Shown here: positions 1 to 8,863 of the stretch, piece after piece
Position numbering within the stretch: the first letter of the stretch is position 1
How the letters are laid out: every line of letters begins with the position of its first letter
Assembly: GCA_000402355.1 (NCBI GenBank)
Contig: AQRS01000042.1
Location: 22,790 to 74,786, forward strand
Source: Candidatus Iainarchaeum andersonii SCGC AAA011-E11
GTDB taxonomy: Archaea; Iainarchaeota; Iainarchaeia; Iainarchaeales; Iainarchaeaceae
Reading direction: 5' to 3'
Length of the DNA stretch: 51,997 nucleotides
Translations under genes and position numbers: made by a program
The notes under the pieces: generated by a model
Databases searched by the model: none
Told to the model about the DNA's origin: nothing
Seen by the model: only the letters and a program-made list of their open reading frames with translations

Positions 1-792
1 CCCTGTAGAAGCATCCTTCACATTGATTTGCAGGCTTCCTTTGGGGTTTTCTATGCCCTCAAATGTGATGACCTGCTCCTTTCCCAGCACGCCAATACCA
101 GAAGCGGTTTTCAGGCCGCTTGCCGAAGCGGTCACGTTTATGCTCCCGCAGCCCTCTGGAGGGGTCACGGAAAGTTCGCCGGTTTGAACCAAGTACTCCT
201 GCTGGGGAAACGAGCCTTCACGAGAACAGCTTAACTGAGCGCGCACTTCCTTCCCTATAAGCTTCTTTTTGTCGGGGCCGACAAAGGTTATTGTGACGCC
301 TCCCGTTACAAGCTGGGGCGCTTTGAGCACAACACTAATCCTGGAACCCTTTTCGACAACCAGAGTTTGCGTTTCCGTTCCATAACCCTGCTTCGAAATT
401 CTCGCATTGATGGTGCCCCCGATTTTTGCCTCAAAAGAGACAAGGCCTTCCTTGTCGGTCTGCAGCTCAAGCGGCTTTTCAAGGCCTGAAATGGAAACGC
501 TCGCGGCCTTTACAGGCACCTTTGCCTCGTTCTGCACAAGGATTTGCACCGTTGTTGTGCTCCCACCGGAAGCAAGCAAAAAAATTCCCGCAACAACAAT
601 AATCAGCAGAACAAGTGCGCCCGCAACAATGGGCAATGGAACTGGAATTTTTTCCTGAAGGGAATCCAATGCAGCGCGCAGTTTATCCGCAATGCCAACG
701 CCATTTTTTTCTCCTGCTTCCTGTTCAGGCTCCGGATTGTCCCTGTAAATGGCAGGTTTTTCGAAAGGGTTTTCGGAATCAGGCATCGGCAT
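1..792 (-). CDS. Partial CDS (C-terminus beyond left edge): N-terminally membrane-anchored surface protein with beta-sandwich (carboxypeptidase-regulatory-like/Ig-like) repeats
   Basis: Absent from the supplied ORF track because it is open at the window edge. Hand translation of the minus strand from the ATG at 792-790 gives 264 uninterrupted codons down to nt 1: MPMPDSENPFEKPAIYRDNPEPEQEAGEKNGVGIADKLRAALDSLQEKIPVPLPIVAGALVLLIIVVAGIFLLASGGSTTTVQILVQNEAKVPVKAASVSISGLEKPLELQTDKEGLVSFEAKIGGTINARISKQGYG... This is a cytoplasmic head, one TM helix, then V-x-V-x-N..K.P..A.V repeats like those in the neighbouring giants. Same strand, 68 nt downstream of the stop of the 2476-aa gene. Confidence 0.6.
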   Translation of the reverse strand, partial: MPMPDSENPFEKPAIYRDNPEPEQEAGEKNGVGIADKLRAALDSLQEKIPVPLPIVAGALVLLIIVVAGIFLLASGGSTTTVQILVQNEAKVPVKAASVSISGLEKPLELQTDKEGLVSFEAKIGGTINARISKQGYGTETQTLVVEKGSRISVVLKAPQLVTGGVTITFVGPDKKKLIGKEVRAQLSCSREGSFPQQEYLVQTGELSVTPPEGCGSINVTASASGLKTASGIGVLGKEQVITFEGIENPKGSLQINVKDASTG

Positions 793-860
793 CGGCCTTT
801 AATAAAAATGCGTTTTTGTTATTAAAAGGTTGCCTAAGCAAAAAACCGCTTTCCAAGGAT

Positions 861-3800
861 TCAGCGTATCTGCGTTGAGGCCGAACTTATGCACGCATTG
901 AGTGCCTGGTCTTCCTTGTTCTGTATTGTGGAGAAAATCTTTTTGGGGTTCCAGAAGAACTCCGCATTAATATTCGTTCCCGAAACGCACGCGTACTCGT
1001 CCTTCACCAAATCAAAGACGTCCTGCAGGCTGCCGATTTTGGATGTCACTCCATTGCCGTTCAAAGTAACCTTCGTGCCGGAAGTGGCCGCGCCGATGAG
1101 GGTTGCCTTGTCAGAGGCTCCGTCAGTCAGCTGCACGTAGCTGTTCGAGGCCTGCGGAGTATAGAAAACAGTTTCATAGAACACGCTGCCAAAGTCAATC
1201 ATCGGCGCGTTCCTCTCGCAGAACTCGAGCGCATACTTGCTCCTCTCGTTCGCGCCGACCAATGCGCATTGCGCGCTTATTCCGTGCGTGTCAGGAACGA
1301 ACTGCTGCTGCGCCATGACCGAGTCATCGAATCCGCGGCAACTAACCCCTATTCCGTTCCACAATGACATCGTGTTTCCGACATCCGTTGCATCCCCGTC
1401 AACGCCTACCTGGTAAATCGCGTACGCGTCTCCTTTTGATGCCTTGTCAATCTGGAGAATAACCGGAGTTGCGTTCGAAGGCTGGAACAAAAGCGAAGGA
1501 TTCTCGTTCGCGCGCGAAACCTTTGCAATCACTCCGCGGTTGTCGGCCTGCATGCTCCTGAAGTTGTCGCTGATTGAAACGCCAAGAGTGCCGTTCTGTA
1601 TCGGCGAGGAGCCCGCAATGTCAACCGTCCTCACAGGCGTCGCGGAATTGTCAATGATTACCGAGTCCCCGGCATAGTTCAGGCCGTATCCGGTTCTCCC
1701 GTTGTTCCCGAGCGGGCCGTCGAACGGCAAATAATAAAATGGGCTGTCGGGTTCCGCGCCGCGCAGCTTCTCGAGCCTCACGCTTATCTTTGCCTTCGGG
1801 TTTCCCTGCGCATCGAACAATTGCCAGGAATTGTCCGCATAATTAATGTCAATGACAACATTATAGGTTCCCGGCCCCTGGAGCGCATAATCAGGCTGGC
1901 TGTACGCATCGAAATTGAACAATTTGGTGTCCCTGAAATAAATTCCGAGCCCCGAATCCCTGTCCGTGTAGAAATCTGGCGCCCTGAAGAAAGTTTCGTT
2001 CTGCGCCACGTCAAAGTCGTGCTGGAAGTCAGAACTATAACCGTCAACCATTAGGGTTGCGTTGAACTTCGCCATCTTTACAATGGCGTCGTTCTTTATT
2101 CCGGATGCCTGCAGGAACTCATCCAGGCGCGAAGTGCTGTATGGAACGCACTCCTGCAATCCCGTTTCTCCGGCAAAGAAGTTTCTTGTAAGCGAGTTGC
2201 TTGCGGAAACGTCCTCGCAGTTCTCGCAGGAAATGCTCGGCGTTATTGAAACCTGTACAACATAGAAGCCCTCCGCAAGGCCGTTGAACTCGCACGAAAC
2301 ACTTTGCTTTCCGCCCGCGGCAACGCTGATGCTCTGGTTCCCCGAAGCGCAGTTTACCGTGCCGGCGTTGCCTGCCTTCACTGCCTTGATTGAAACCAAT
2401 GCGCTTATTATTCCCGGGTTCGTGTTTGTGATGTCCGCGGAAACACCAACTCTTGTCCCGTCTTTCGCAACCGAAACCTTTGAAACCCCTATGTCAAAGC
2501 TGCCGATTTCGCTTTCCGCGGGCTGGTCCTCCAAAGGCGAGGGGCACTTCAGGTTCGAGGCATTCTGCGCAACAAACCCGCTTACCGCGTTTATTTTTTT
2601 CATGAGCGCTATCGTGAACTGGGTTGCGTCGCAGTAAACCCCGTTCTCGTTATCCTCGTTGCACTGCTTTTCATCCACGCCGCTCCATGTCCAGTCGAAC
2701 TTGACTTTGGGCAGCGCGTCTTCTCCCGTTGACCCGATTTTTGTGCCGGCTTGGCAGTTCAATAATGAGGCGGGCTGAACGGTTTCAACCATCGGGGGAA
2801 CGCTGTTGAACTCCAAATTAAATCTTTGCTCGAGGCTCTGCCCACCCTTTTCCTCCAATGGAGTTTTTTCCTGGTTTACCGTGTCCTGCGTGAAGAACCC
2901 GAGGAACCCGCCTTCGGGATCCGTGAAATCCTCCTTTGTGTAGGTCTTGTCCGCGTATTCATGTCTCGTTCCCGAGACCTTGAGCTGCGAGTACTTCGGC
3001 TTTTCTTCTGTCGTTGTGAAGCCGCTGATGTTCGTGAATATCGTGCGCATGTTTTCAATGCCCTGTGAAATCAAATCCGCATTGTTCACGAGTGGCTGGG
3101 GCACGGTAGGGGCTGATTTCTTTCCGCCGAGGCCTTCAACCTCGACTCCAATGTCACTATCGGGTTGCTCGAGGCTTCCCGAGCCCTGCACGAGCGAGAT
3201 GCCCTTTATTTCCACATCCTTCTGCAGCGTAGTGAAGGTCGTTTCCGAGTCCTGGAAATAATAAGATGCAACGGTTCCCACTATACCATAGAACAGTCCG
3301 GACTGTACCGGATTATTTCCGAGAATTCCTTTCAGTAGCCCGAGGCCGCCTGAAGTAATCCCGCCAGCAAGGCCTCCTCCCAATGCGCTTCCGGCTCCGC
3401 CGCCGATTCCCTGAAGGAAGTTTTGTCCTGCAGGGGGCCGGCCGGCAATTGGCTGTGCCCGGGTTCCCGAAGACTGGTAAGGTGTTGTGGCTGTTGGGGT
3501 TGATAGCTGTCTCGGGTAGCTAGCGCCAGTTGAGGGCCCCGTGATTCCCGCGGCAAGGCCCTGCACCGGAGGCAGGACAACTTTGCCCGTAATCGCCGGA
3601 ACACTTGGCGCTTTAGATGCGGCATTAAGTTTGTTTAATTGCTCGGCATACGCTTTTGTCAATTGAGTAAGTTGCTGTTTTGCCGCTTGGAGCTGCTGTG
3701 CCAGTTGCTGGTTTTGTGCAGTCAGCGTTTGCTGCGTTTGTGCATCAGCAGTCTGCCTGTCTGCATCATTCCTGCTCATTTGTTCATCGAGATTCTTTAT

Positions 3801-6800
3801 TTGGGTTTCAATGTCGGCCTTCTGCTTGTTTAGGTTCTGAAGTTGCTGCTCCTGTGTCAAATTTTGCGTTCCATTGCCGGGCTGCGCCGCGGTTCCGAGG
3901 AACTTGTTTTCAATGTTCGGGTCAGTGTAATTTCCGAGCCAAGTCAAGGCCATTGCGGCCAGGCCATAGGCGAGCCCGTTCTTCGCCGCGTCTCCCCAGC
4001 TCTTGAGGTTAACCTTCACTCCGACAGGCTTCTGCGGGCAAGTGTTGGTCAAATTAGCTACGTCGAAGCCGTCGAATTCATCGCGCGGCGAATCATAAAC
4101 ATCGAACTCGTACTTTGAAAGCTGCCAGCAGCCCGGCGCATTAATCCTCACCTTCAGGTTCTTTGCGAGCTGCTCGCGCTTGTCCGAAAAGAAATTCGGC
4201 AAAACATAAACAGGATATTGCCCCGGGTAATTGTCGGCAGCAAACACCTGCACCTTCTGGCTCTGGCCCGGCTGCAAAGTGAACTGCTTCGCCGGATCCG
4301 TAATCAAATCGCTCTGGATCTCAAATTCAACCGGTTCGCCGCAGCTCTCCGTTGCGGTGATGGTGAATATCCCCGATTCTTTCTGGTTAATGTCCAGGGA
4401 TTCCTTGTCGTACTGCAGGCATTGTTTCAGGTTGATTGAAGTGATTTTCGTGTGCATCGTGTTCTCGAGAACCTGGTCCTCGCCATCAAGCGGATTTACT
4501 GCGCTGATTACTATGTCGGATTCTGCGACACCATTTACTCCGCCGAAAGGCGTGAAAGTGAGTATTGCGGTCAGGGCCTGTTCCTTCTGCATTGTCCCGA
4601 GCAAAAGCCTGTTGTAGCCGCCCCTCAAAATTACCTGGTCATCGCCGAACGCAAGCGTGTACTCGCCGAGTTGGTTGGTTTTCCAGTTGACCTTTGCCTG
4701 CAAATCCTGCAATGCAATGGGCTTTCCGCCCACGGTGCAATTGTTCTGTATCTGGAACTCGGTTTTTGAGGGAGTCCCATTCGTTGAGGTCTGCCACTCA
4801 CTTTTTGTAATAATCAGGCAAGCAGGATTGTCAACCTCGCTTCCGAGGCCTACAGCGATTTTTACCGGGACATTGAACGCCCATTCCTGCCCGAAATTTC
4901 CCGCAACGATTGTGAGCTTGCCATCGAGGTCAGTGTGGTCTGAAAGCGCGAGCGCATCCTGTGACAGGGAAGTCTTCAGGGCTATGTCCCGCTTCTCCCC
5001 GGCTCTTATGAGCATTCCCTTGTAAGAGCTTTCGAGCCAGTTCCTTATCGAGGCGGTGTCAAGCAGATTCCTGAATGCGCCCCCGAGCTTTATTTCCTTT
5101 ATGTAAAGGTCGTACGGCGCGACATTGCGCAGCGAAATGGTTTCCGAGCTTTGCGTCTTGTTCTTCGTGTTCAGCGCAACCCCGACCTGTGCAGGAGTTA
5201 TTTCGAGCAGCCTGTCCGTAACATTCAATTCTATTATTTTCACGTTGTAATCTATTTTTTCAATCTCGATTTTGAGCTTTTCCCCGGGCTCCTGCCCCGG
5301 CAAAGTGAGCACTGCTGTTCCGTCCTTGGCCGTTGTAGAATAATCAAGCACGTTTCCGGCGCGGTCCTTCAGCCTGACTATGGCGTTCTCAATCTCCAAT
5401 CCGCTTGCCGAATCCTTCACCGAAACCGTCACGTCATTCTGGATTCCCGACAAATAAACCTGCGGCTCAACCTCGGCTTCAAGCTCTTTCGGCGAGGAAA
5501 CAATTACCGTCAGGTTTTTTTCGAAAACAATTACCTGGTCGGAAACAAGCTGTATGTTGACAACGCCGTTGATTGCCTTCTGTGGAGTGAATTCCGCCTC
5601 AAGCATTACGGAGTTTTTCGGCAGGAGGTTTCCGACATCGAGCCTCGGGAACTCGAAGCCGTTCACCGTGCCTTGTGCCTGCCGCGTCTGCGCGTCCGTT
5701 ATCGTGTAGTCGAAGAACTTTATGCTCTCGTCCGGATTCTTGATGCGCAGGTTCGCGCTGTTGTGTATCCTTGTTTCGGAATTGTTCGTGATGACGAACT
5801 GCATTTTGTACGGGTTGAACACGCGCGCATTGTAGGTGTCCGTAACCGAATCAATGAAATCATTCTCCTCGTCCGCTATTGTTGATTTGAAGCAGAAGCT
5901 TTCATCGCACAAGGTCACTATGCCGACCTGGAATATTTCCTGCTTTGCATTCGAATACAATTCCTCGCTCACGGTGTCGTCCTCCGGGAACCTGTCCGTT
6001 TCTCCCGAGGACTCGCCCCACGCGCGGTAGAACATGAACAGGTTTTCTCCAAGCGCGGCCGAATCCTTGACCTGTATCTCGGCTTCAACCTCATAAACTC
6101 CGGCAAGCGGGTTGCGCCATCTCACGTTAACCCACTTCGCTTCGCCATCCGTGATTTCATAATCGCCTTCGTTCAGGTTGCTTCCATCGCCCTCAAAGCG
6201 CGTTGCCCTGACCTGCGAGGTTTTTGCCGCATTAACCTGCTTTATCTCAAGCTTATCCTTCTCCATCAAAACATCCATGCCCGTCCTGATGTGTACCCCG
6301 GCCTCATCATAATCCTTTTCTTCGGGTATGCGCAGCCTGAATTTTGCGGTGTATTTTGCGCCGGCCTTCACGTTCTGCACGCCCCTGCTGGCGGCATCAT
6401 AGAGGCCCATGAACTCAAGCTCAACGTTGTTCTTGAGTATCGGCTTTTCAAGCTTCAGGTTGAATTCCTGCACCCCTTCCGGTATAATCGGTTTCTTCAC
6501 GGTCGTGTAATCCGCGTAAACCTGCTCATCCTTCTTGCTCACGACAACATAAACCTGCCTGTTCGCCTTGAGGTTCACTTCATAATTCCCGTCCGCGCTC
6601 GCAAAGTCGGAGCCGATTAATTCATTGGTGCGCGCGTCGAAAATCCCTATGCGCGGGAAGCTCACTTGGTTTCCTTCTGAATCCTTCACTTTTACTCTCA
6701 CGATTCCCTCGCCTACTTCCATAGTTACAGTGAGGTTCGGCCCGGAACCCGCGCTTACTGCAGTGCTGAAGTATGCCGCGTCGCTCCTTCCCGAAAACCC

Positions 6801-8291
6801 TTCCTTGAATGCGAACGCATAATAGTTTCCGGAACTAACCCCGAAGAATTTCGCGACTCCATTGATGTCCGTGCTCCTCTGGTTATAGCCCGCCACAAAA
6901 TTTGTCGAGGCATTGTAAAGCGAAACAAACGCATTCCTTATGGGTTCGTTGTCCTGGTCAACAACCTTGACGACAAGGCTGCCGCAGGTTGTCGGCGTGC
7001 ACTTGTCCAGCTGCACAGTAATGAACGAATCGCTTATCGTGAGCCCGCTTACGGTTCCGAGCTGATAGGAATCCGCGTTCACGAACGCCTTGTACTCGGC
7101 AACGCGGCTGATGTTAAATGAAATCTCGCCGCCGTCATTCACCTTAAGCGTTGTGAGTTCCTCGCTGCTTGAGGAAAAAAGCAGTTTAACCGAAGCGCCC
7201 TTTACCCTCGCCTGGCTCTTCCTGTCAACCACGCGTATTTTTATCTGGCCCCTCACGTTCTCCCGGACAACCAGGTTGACGCTTTTTGTTTCGCCCGCGC
7301 CGAGGGAAATTCTCTGCGAAGCCGCCTCGCCGTAGCTTCCCGAAGCGTCATAGGTTTTCACCATGTAATCCCCGGGCGCCTTTGAGAATGATGCCTGCCC
7401 GCCTGAAGTGTAATCAACATCAATCGGCCCCACATTCGGGTTGGCGAGAATCTCCGAGTACCTGTAAAGTTCCGCACTGATTCCGTCTAAGCTTTTTCCT
7501 GTGCTATCCGCAACGTTCACGTTTATTGTTCCGCTTTGCGCCGCGATTCCGTCAAGGTAAATAATCTGGTCGCTGCCTGTAACCGCGAAACCGTAAACTT
7601 CCCGGAATGTTGCCGAATCCGACACGTCAACCGAGAGGCGCCCGCATGTATCCGGCACCATTACATTTGCAACCCCGTTGTCCGTGGGAGTCAAAGTAAT
7701 GTCCTGTATTGAGGGCGCGTAAGGGTCGGAGCAGCGGAATTTCAATGTGAAGTTTCCCGAAGCGTTTCCCCCCGCCCTGTCAAAGAGCCTGATTGTTTTT
7801 GCTGCAAAAGCATCGCTTTCCTTCTGGAGCTCGATGTCGAGTGCCTGCGGCAATTCCGCAATAATCGCGGTTTTCCTTGCGGAAAGGTAATCCTGTTTCT
7901 CGGCGCGCACCTCAATCTCATCATCCACCTTTACTCCCGTTTGCCTCGCGATTCCGGAAACGTCGGTGCCAATTCTTGAAAGCGGGGTTCCTCCCTTGAG
8001 GAAAGTCACGGTCGCGCCCTCGATTGCTTTTCCGCTCGGGTCCTTCACGGAAACCACGAGCGAATCATTTACTGAAGGAAACACAATCGATATTACTGTG
8101 CCTGCGAGCAGAAGGAGAATAACCAGGAATGCCGCGCCGAATATTATGAAGCTCGGGAAAACCTTGTCAATCGGGTCGACAATTTCATAAACCGGGATTT
8201 TGTCGTTGACCTTGTCAAGAAAATCATAGTATTTTTCCTCGAGGCTGTAATACCCCTGCTTAACGCTTTCCAAAAGGCCCAAGGAACTCAC
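861..8291 (-). CDS. Giant surface protein 1 (2476 aa): conserved N-terminal head + signal-anchor TM, carboxypeptidase-regulatory-like beta-sandwich repeats, internal TM/coiled-coil/Gly-rich module
   Basis: Uninterrupted 7.4-kb ORF with a GTG start at 8291 and no in-frame ATG nearby. Head is YYSLEEKYYDFLDKVNDKIPVYEIVDPIDKVFPSF, followed by TM FIIFGAAFLVILLLLAGTVISIVF. Repeats include VVSVKDPSGKAIEGATVTF, IKIRVVDRKSQARVKGASVKL, LVVKVVDQDNEPIRNAFVSLY and VRVKVKDSEGNQVSFPRIGIF. Colinear with the 2493- and 2844-aa ORFs (GAKYTAKFRLRIP..DEAGVHIRTG...FYRAWGESSG). Plus-strand ORFs inside it are short antisense shadows. Confidence 0.85.
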   Translation of the reverse strand: MSSLGLLESVKQGYYSLEEKYYDFLDKVNDKIPVYEIVDPIDKVFPSFIIFGAAFLVILLLLAGTVISIVFPSVNDSLVVSVKDPSGKAIEGATVTFLKGGTPLSRIGTDVSGIARQTGVKVDDEIEVRAEKQDYLSARKTAIIAELPQALDIELQKESDAFAAKTIRLFDRAGGNASGNFTLKFRCSDPYAPSIQDITLTPTDNGVANVMVPDTCGRLSVDVSDSATFREVYGFAVTGSDQIIYLDGIAAQSGTINVNVADSTGKSLDGISAELYRYSEILANPNVGPIDVDYTSGGQASFSKAPGDYMVKTYDASGSYGEAASQRISLGAGETKSVNLVVRENVRGQIKIRVVDRKSQARVKGASVKLLFSSSSEELTTLKVNDGGEISFNISRVAEYKAFVNADSYQLGTVSGLTISDSFITVQLDKCTPTTCGSLVVKVVDQDNEPIRNAFVSLYNASTNFVAGYNQRSTDINGVAKFFGVSSGNYYAFAFKEGFSGRSDAAYFSTAVSAGSGPNLTVTMEVGEGIVRVKVKDSEGNQVSFPRIGIFDARTNELIGSDFASADGNYEVNLKANRQVYVVVSKKDEQVYADYTTVKKPIIPEGVQEFNLKLEKPILKNNVELEFMGLYDAASRGVQNVKAGAKYTAKFRLRIPEEKDYDEAGVHIRTGMDVLMEKDKLEIKQVNAAKTSQVRATRFEGDGSNLNEGDYEITDGEAKWVNVRWRNPLAGVYEVEAEIQVKDSAALGENLFMFYRAWGESSGETDRFPEDDTVSEELYSNAKQEIFQVGIVTLCDESFCFKSTIADEENDFIDSVTDTYNARVFNPYKMQFVITNNSETRIHNSANLRIKNPDESIKFFDYTITDAQTRQAQGTVNGFEFPRLDVGNLLPKNSVMLEAEFTPQKAINGVVNIQLVSDQVIVFEKNLTVIVSSPKELEAEVEPQVYLSGIQNDVTVSVKDSASGLEIENAIVRLKDRAGNVLDYSTTAKDGTAVLTLPGQEPGEKLKIEIEKIDYNVKIIELNVTDRLLEITPAQVGVALNTKNKTQSSETISLRNVAPYDLYIKEIKLGGAFRNLLDTASIRNWLESSYKGMLIRAGEKRDIALKTSLSQDALALSDHTDLDGKLTIVAGNFGQEWAFNVPVKIAVGLGSEVDNPACLIITKSEWQTSTNGTPSKTEFQIQNNCTVGGKPIALQDLQAKVNWKTNQLGEYTLAFGDDQVILRGGYNRLLLGTMQKEQALTAILTFTPFGGVNGVAESDIVISAVNPLDGEDQVLENTMHTKITSINLKQCLQYDKESLDINQKESGIFTITATESCGEPVEFEIQSDLITDPAKQFTLQPGQSQKVQVFAADNYPGQYPVYVLPNFFSDKREQLAKNLKVRINAPGCWQLSKYEFDVYDSPRDEFDGFDVANLTNTCPQKPVGVKVNLKSWGDAAKNGLAYGLAAMALTWLGNYTDPNIENKFLGTAAQPGNGTQNLTQEQQLQNLNKQKADIETQIKNLDEQMSRNDADRQTADAQTQQTLTAQNQQLAQQLQAAKQQLTQLTKAYAEQLNKLNAASKAPSVPAITGKVVLPPVQGLAAGITGPSTGASYPRQLSTPTATTPYQSSGTRAQPIAGRPPAGQNFLQGIGGGAGSALGGGLAGGITSGGLGLLKGILGNNPVQSGLFYGIVGTVASYYFQDSETTFTTLQKDVEIKGISLVQGSGSLEQPDSDIGVEVEGLGGKKSAPTVPQPLVNNADLISQGIENMRTIFTNISGFTTTEEKPKYSQLKVSGTRHEYADKTYTKEDFTDPEGGFLGFFTQDTVNQEKTPLEEKGGQSLEQRFNLEFNSVPPMVETVQPASLLNCQAGTKIGSTGEDALPKVKFDWTWSGVDEKQCNEDNENGVYCDATQFTIALMKKINAVSGFVAQNASNLKCPSPLEDQPAESEIGSFDIGVSKVSVAKDGTRVGVSADITNTNPGIISALVSIKAVKAGNAGTVNCASGNQSISVAAGGKQSVSCEFNGLAEGFYVVQVSITPSISCENCEDVSASNSLTRNFFAGETGLQECVPYSTSRLDEFLQASGIKNDAIVKMAKFNATLMVDGYSSDFQHDFDVAQNETFFRAPDFYTDRDSGLGIYFRDTKLFNFDAYSQPDYALQGPGTYNVVIDINYADNSWQLFDAQGNPKAKISVRLEKLRGAEPDSPFYYLPFDGPLGNNGRTGYGLNYAGDSVIIDNSATPVRTVDIAGSSPIQNGTLGVSISDNFRSMQADNRGVIAKVSRANENPSLLFQPSNATPVILQIDKASKGDAYAIYQVGVDGDATDVGNTMSLWNGIGVSCRGFDDSVMAQQQFVPDTHGISAQCALVGANERSKYALEFCERNAPMIDFGSVFYETVFYTPQASNSYVQLTDGASDKATLIGAATSGTKVTLNGNGVTSKIGSLQDVFDLVKDEYACVSGTNINAEFFWNPKKIFSTIQNKEDQALNACISSASTQIR

Positions 8292-8373
8292 CCATTAACC
8301 GAATAATAATAATTAAGCTTTATTTGCTTTATATTAGTTTCTTTTGATTAATAAACCTGCTTCAGGCTTTTGG

Positions 8374-8835
8374 TCAAAACAGGCCCTGTATGCTTGCAAC
8401 GTCAAAAACAGGCAGGAACTCGTAGGCAAACCCTATTGCAACGCTGAGCAGTATTATGACTCCCGCGTAAGCGAGGTAAGCCTGCTTTTCCTCGAAAAAA
8501 TTCCTTTTCCCGTCAAGGTCGAGGAGCGCCATTTTTCCCATGTCCCTTCCGCCGAGCAATGCAACGAGCAGCGGCATCAATGAGGCGAAAACATAAATCG
8601 GGTTGTCAAAAATCCTTCCGCCGAGAATCATTCCCGCGAAAAAAAGCAGGAAAAAACCCGCCCTTCCGAAGAATGCCGCGCCCAAAAAGAACACCGCGAG
8701 GCTCAAGGTCAGGAGTTCGAGAATCGGGCTTATTGCGCCGGGCTGGAGCGGCTCGATAAAAACATTCACGAGTATCACTCCAAGGATAAAGAAAACCATT
8801 CCGAGGAAAACCGTGACAATGTTGCCGAAACCCAT
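8374..8835 (-). CDS. Small polytopic membrane protein (about 153 aa, 4-5 TM), unknown function, wedged between two giant genes
   Basis: The ORF is 8374..8904. I prefer the internal ATG at 8835 (MGFGNIVTVFLGMVFFILGVILVNVF...) because the longer form overlaps the end of the 2493-aa gene by 41 nt. The sequence is hydrophobic throughout (LELLTLSLAVFFLGAAFFGRAGFFLLFFAGMILGG, YAGVIILLSVAIGFAY). Confidence 0.55.
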   Translation of the reverse strand: MGFGNIVTVFLGMVFFILGVILVNVFIEPLQPGAISPILELLTLSLAVFFLGAAFFGRAGFFLLFFAGMILGGRIFDNPIYVFASLMPLLVALLGGRDMGKMALLDLDGKRNFFEEKQAYLAYAGVIILLSVAIGFAYEFLPVFDVASIQGLF

Positions 8836-8863
8836 GCGTTCACTTTCCGAATCCCAAAGTTTC

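Noticed and set aside
5151-5885. Plus-strand ORFs inside the giant genes, including long ones: 5151-5885; 10505-11743 (412 aa); 12423-13196; 22754-23902 (382 aa). The minus-strand ORF 44574-45503 inside the 1524-aa gene belongs to the same class.
   Set aside because: They lie entirely antisense to multi-kb uninterrupted ORFs with strong domain and repeat evidence. Their translations are low-complexity or R/C/S-rich with no motifs. These are typical shadow ORFs.
8374-8835. Is the small membrane protein between giants 1 and 2 the missing prepilin peptidase? LLGGRDMGKMALL superficially resembles the GxGD(V/A)K motif of A24 aspartyl peptidases.
   Set aside because: No candidate first catalytic Asp occurs in an N-terminal TM or loop. 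The protein is only about 153 aa, against about 230-260 aa for the family. The motif has Arg inserted (GGRD). This is insufficient evidence.
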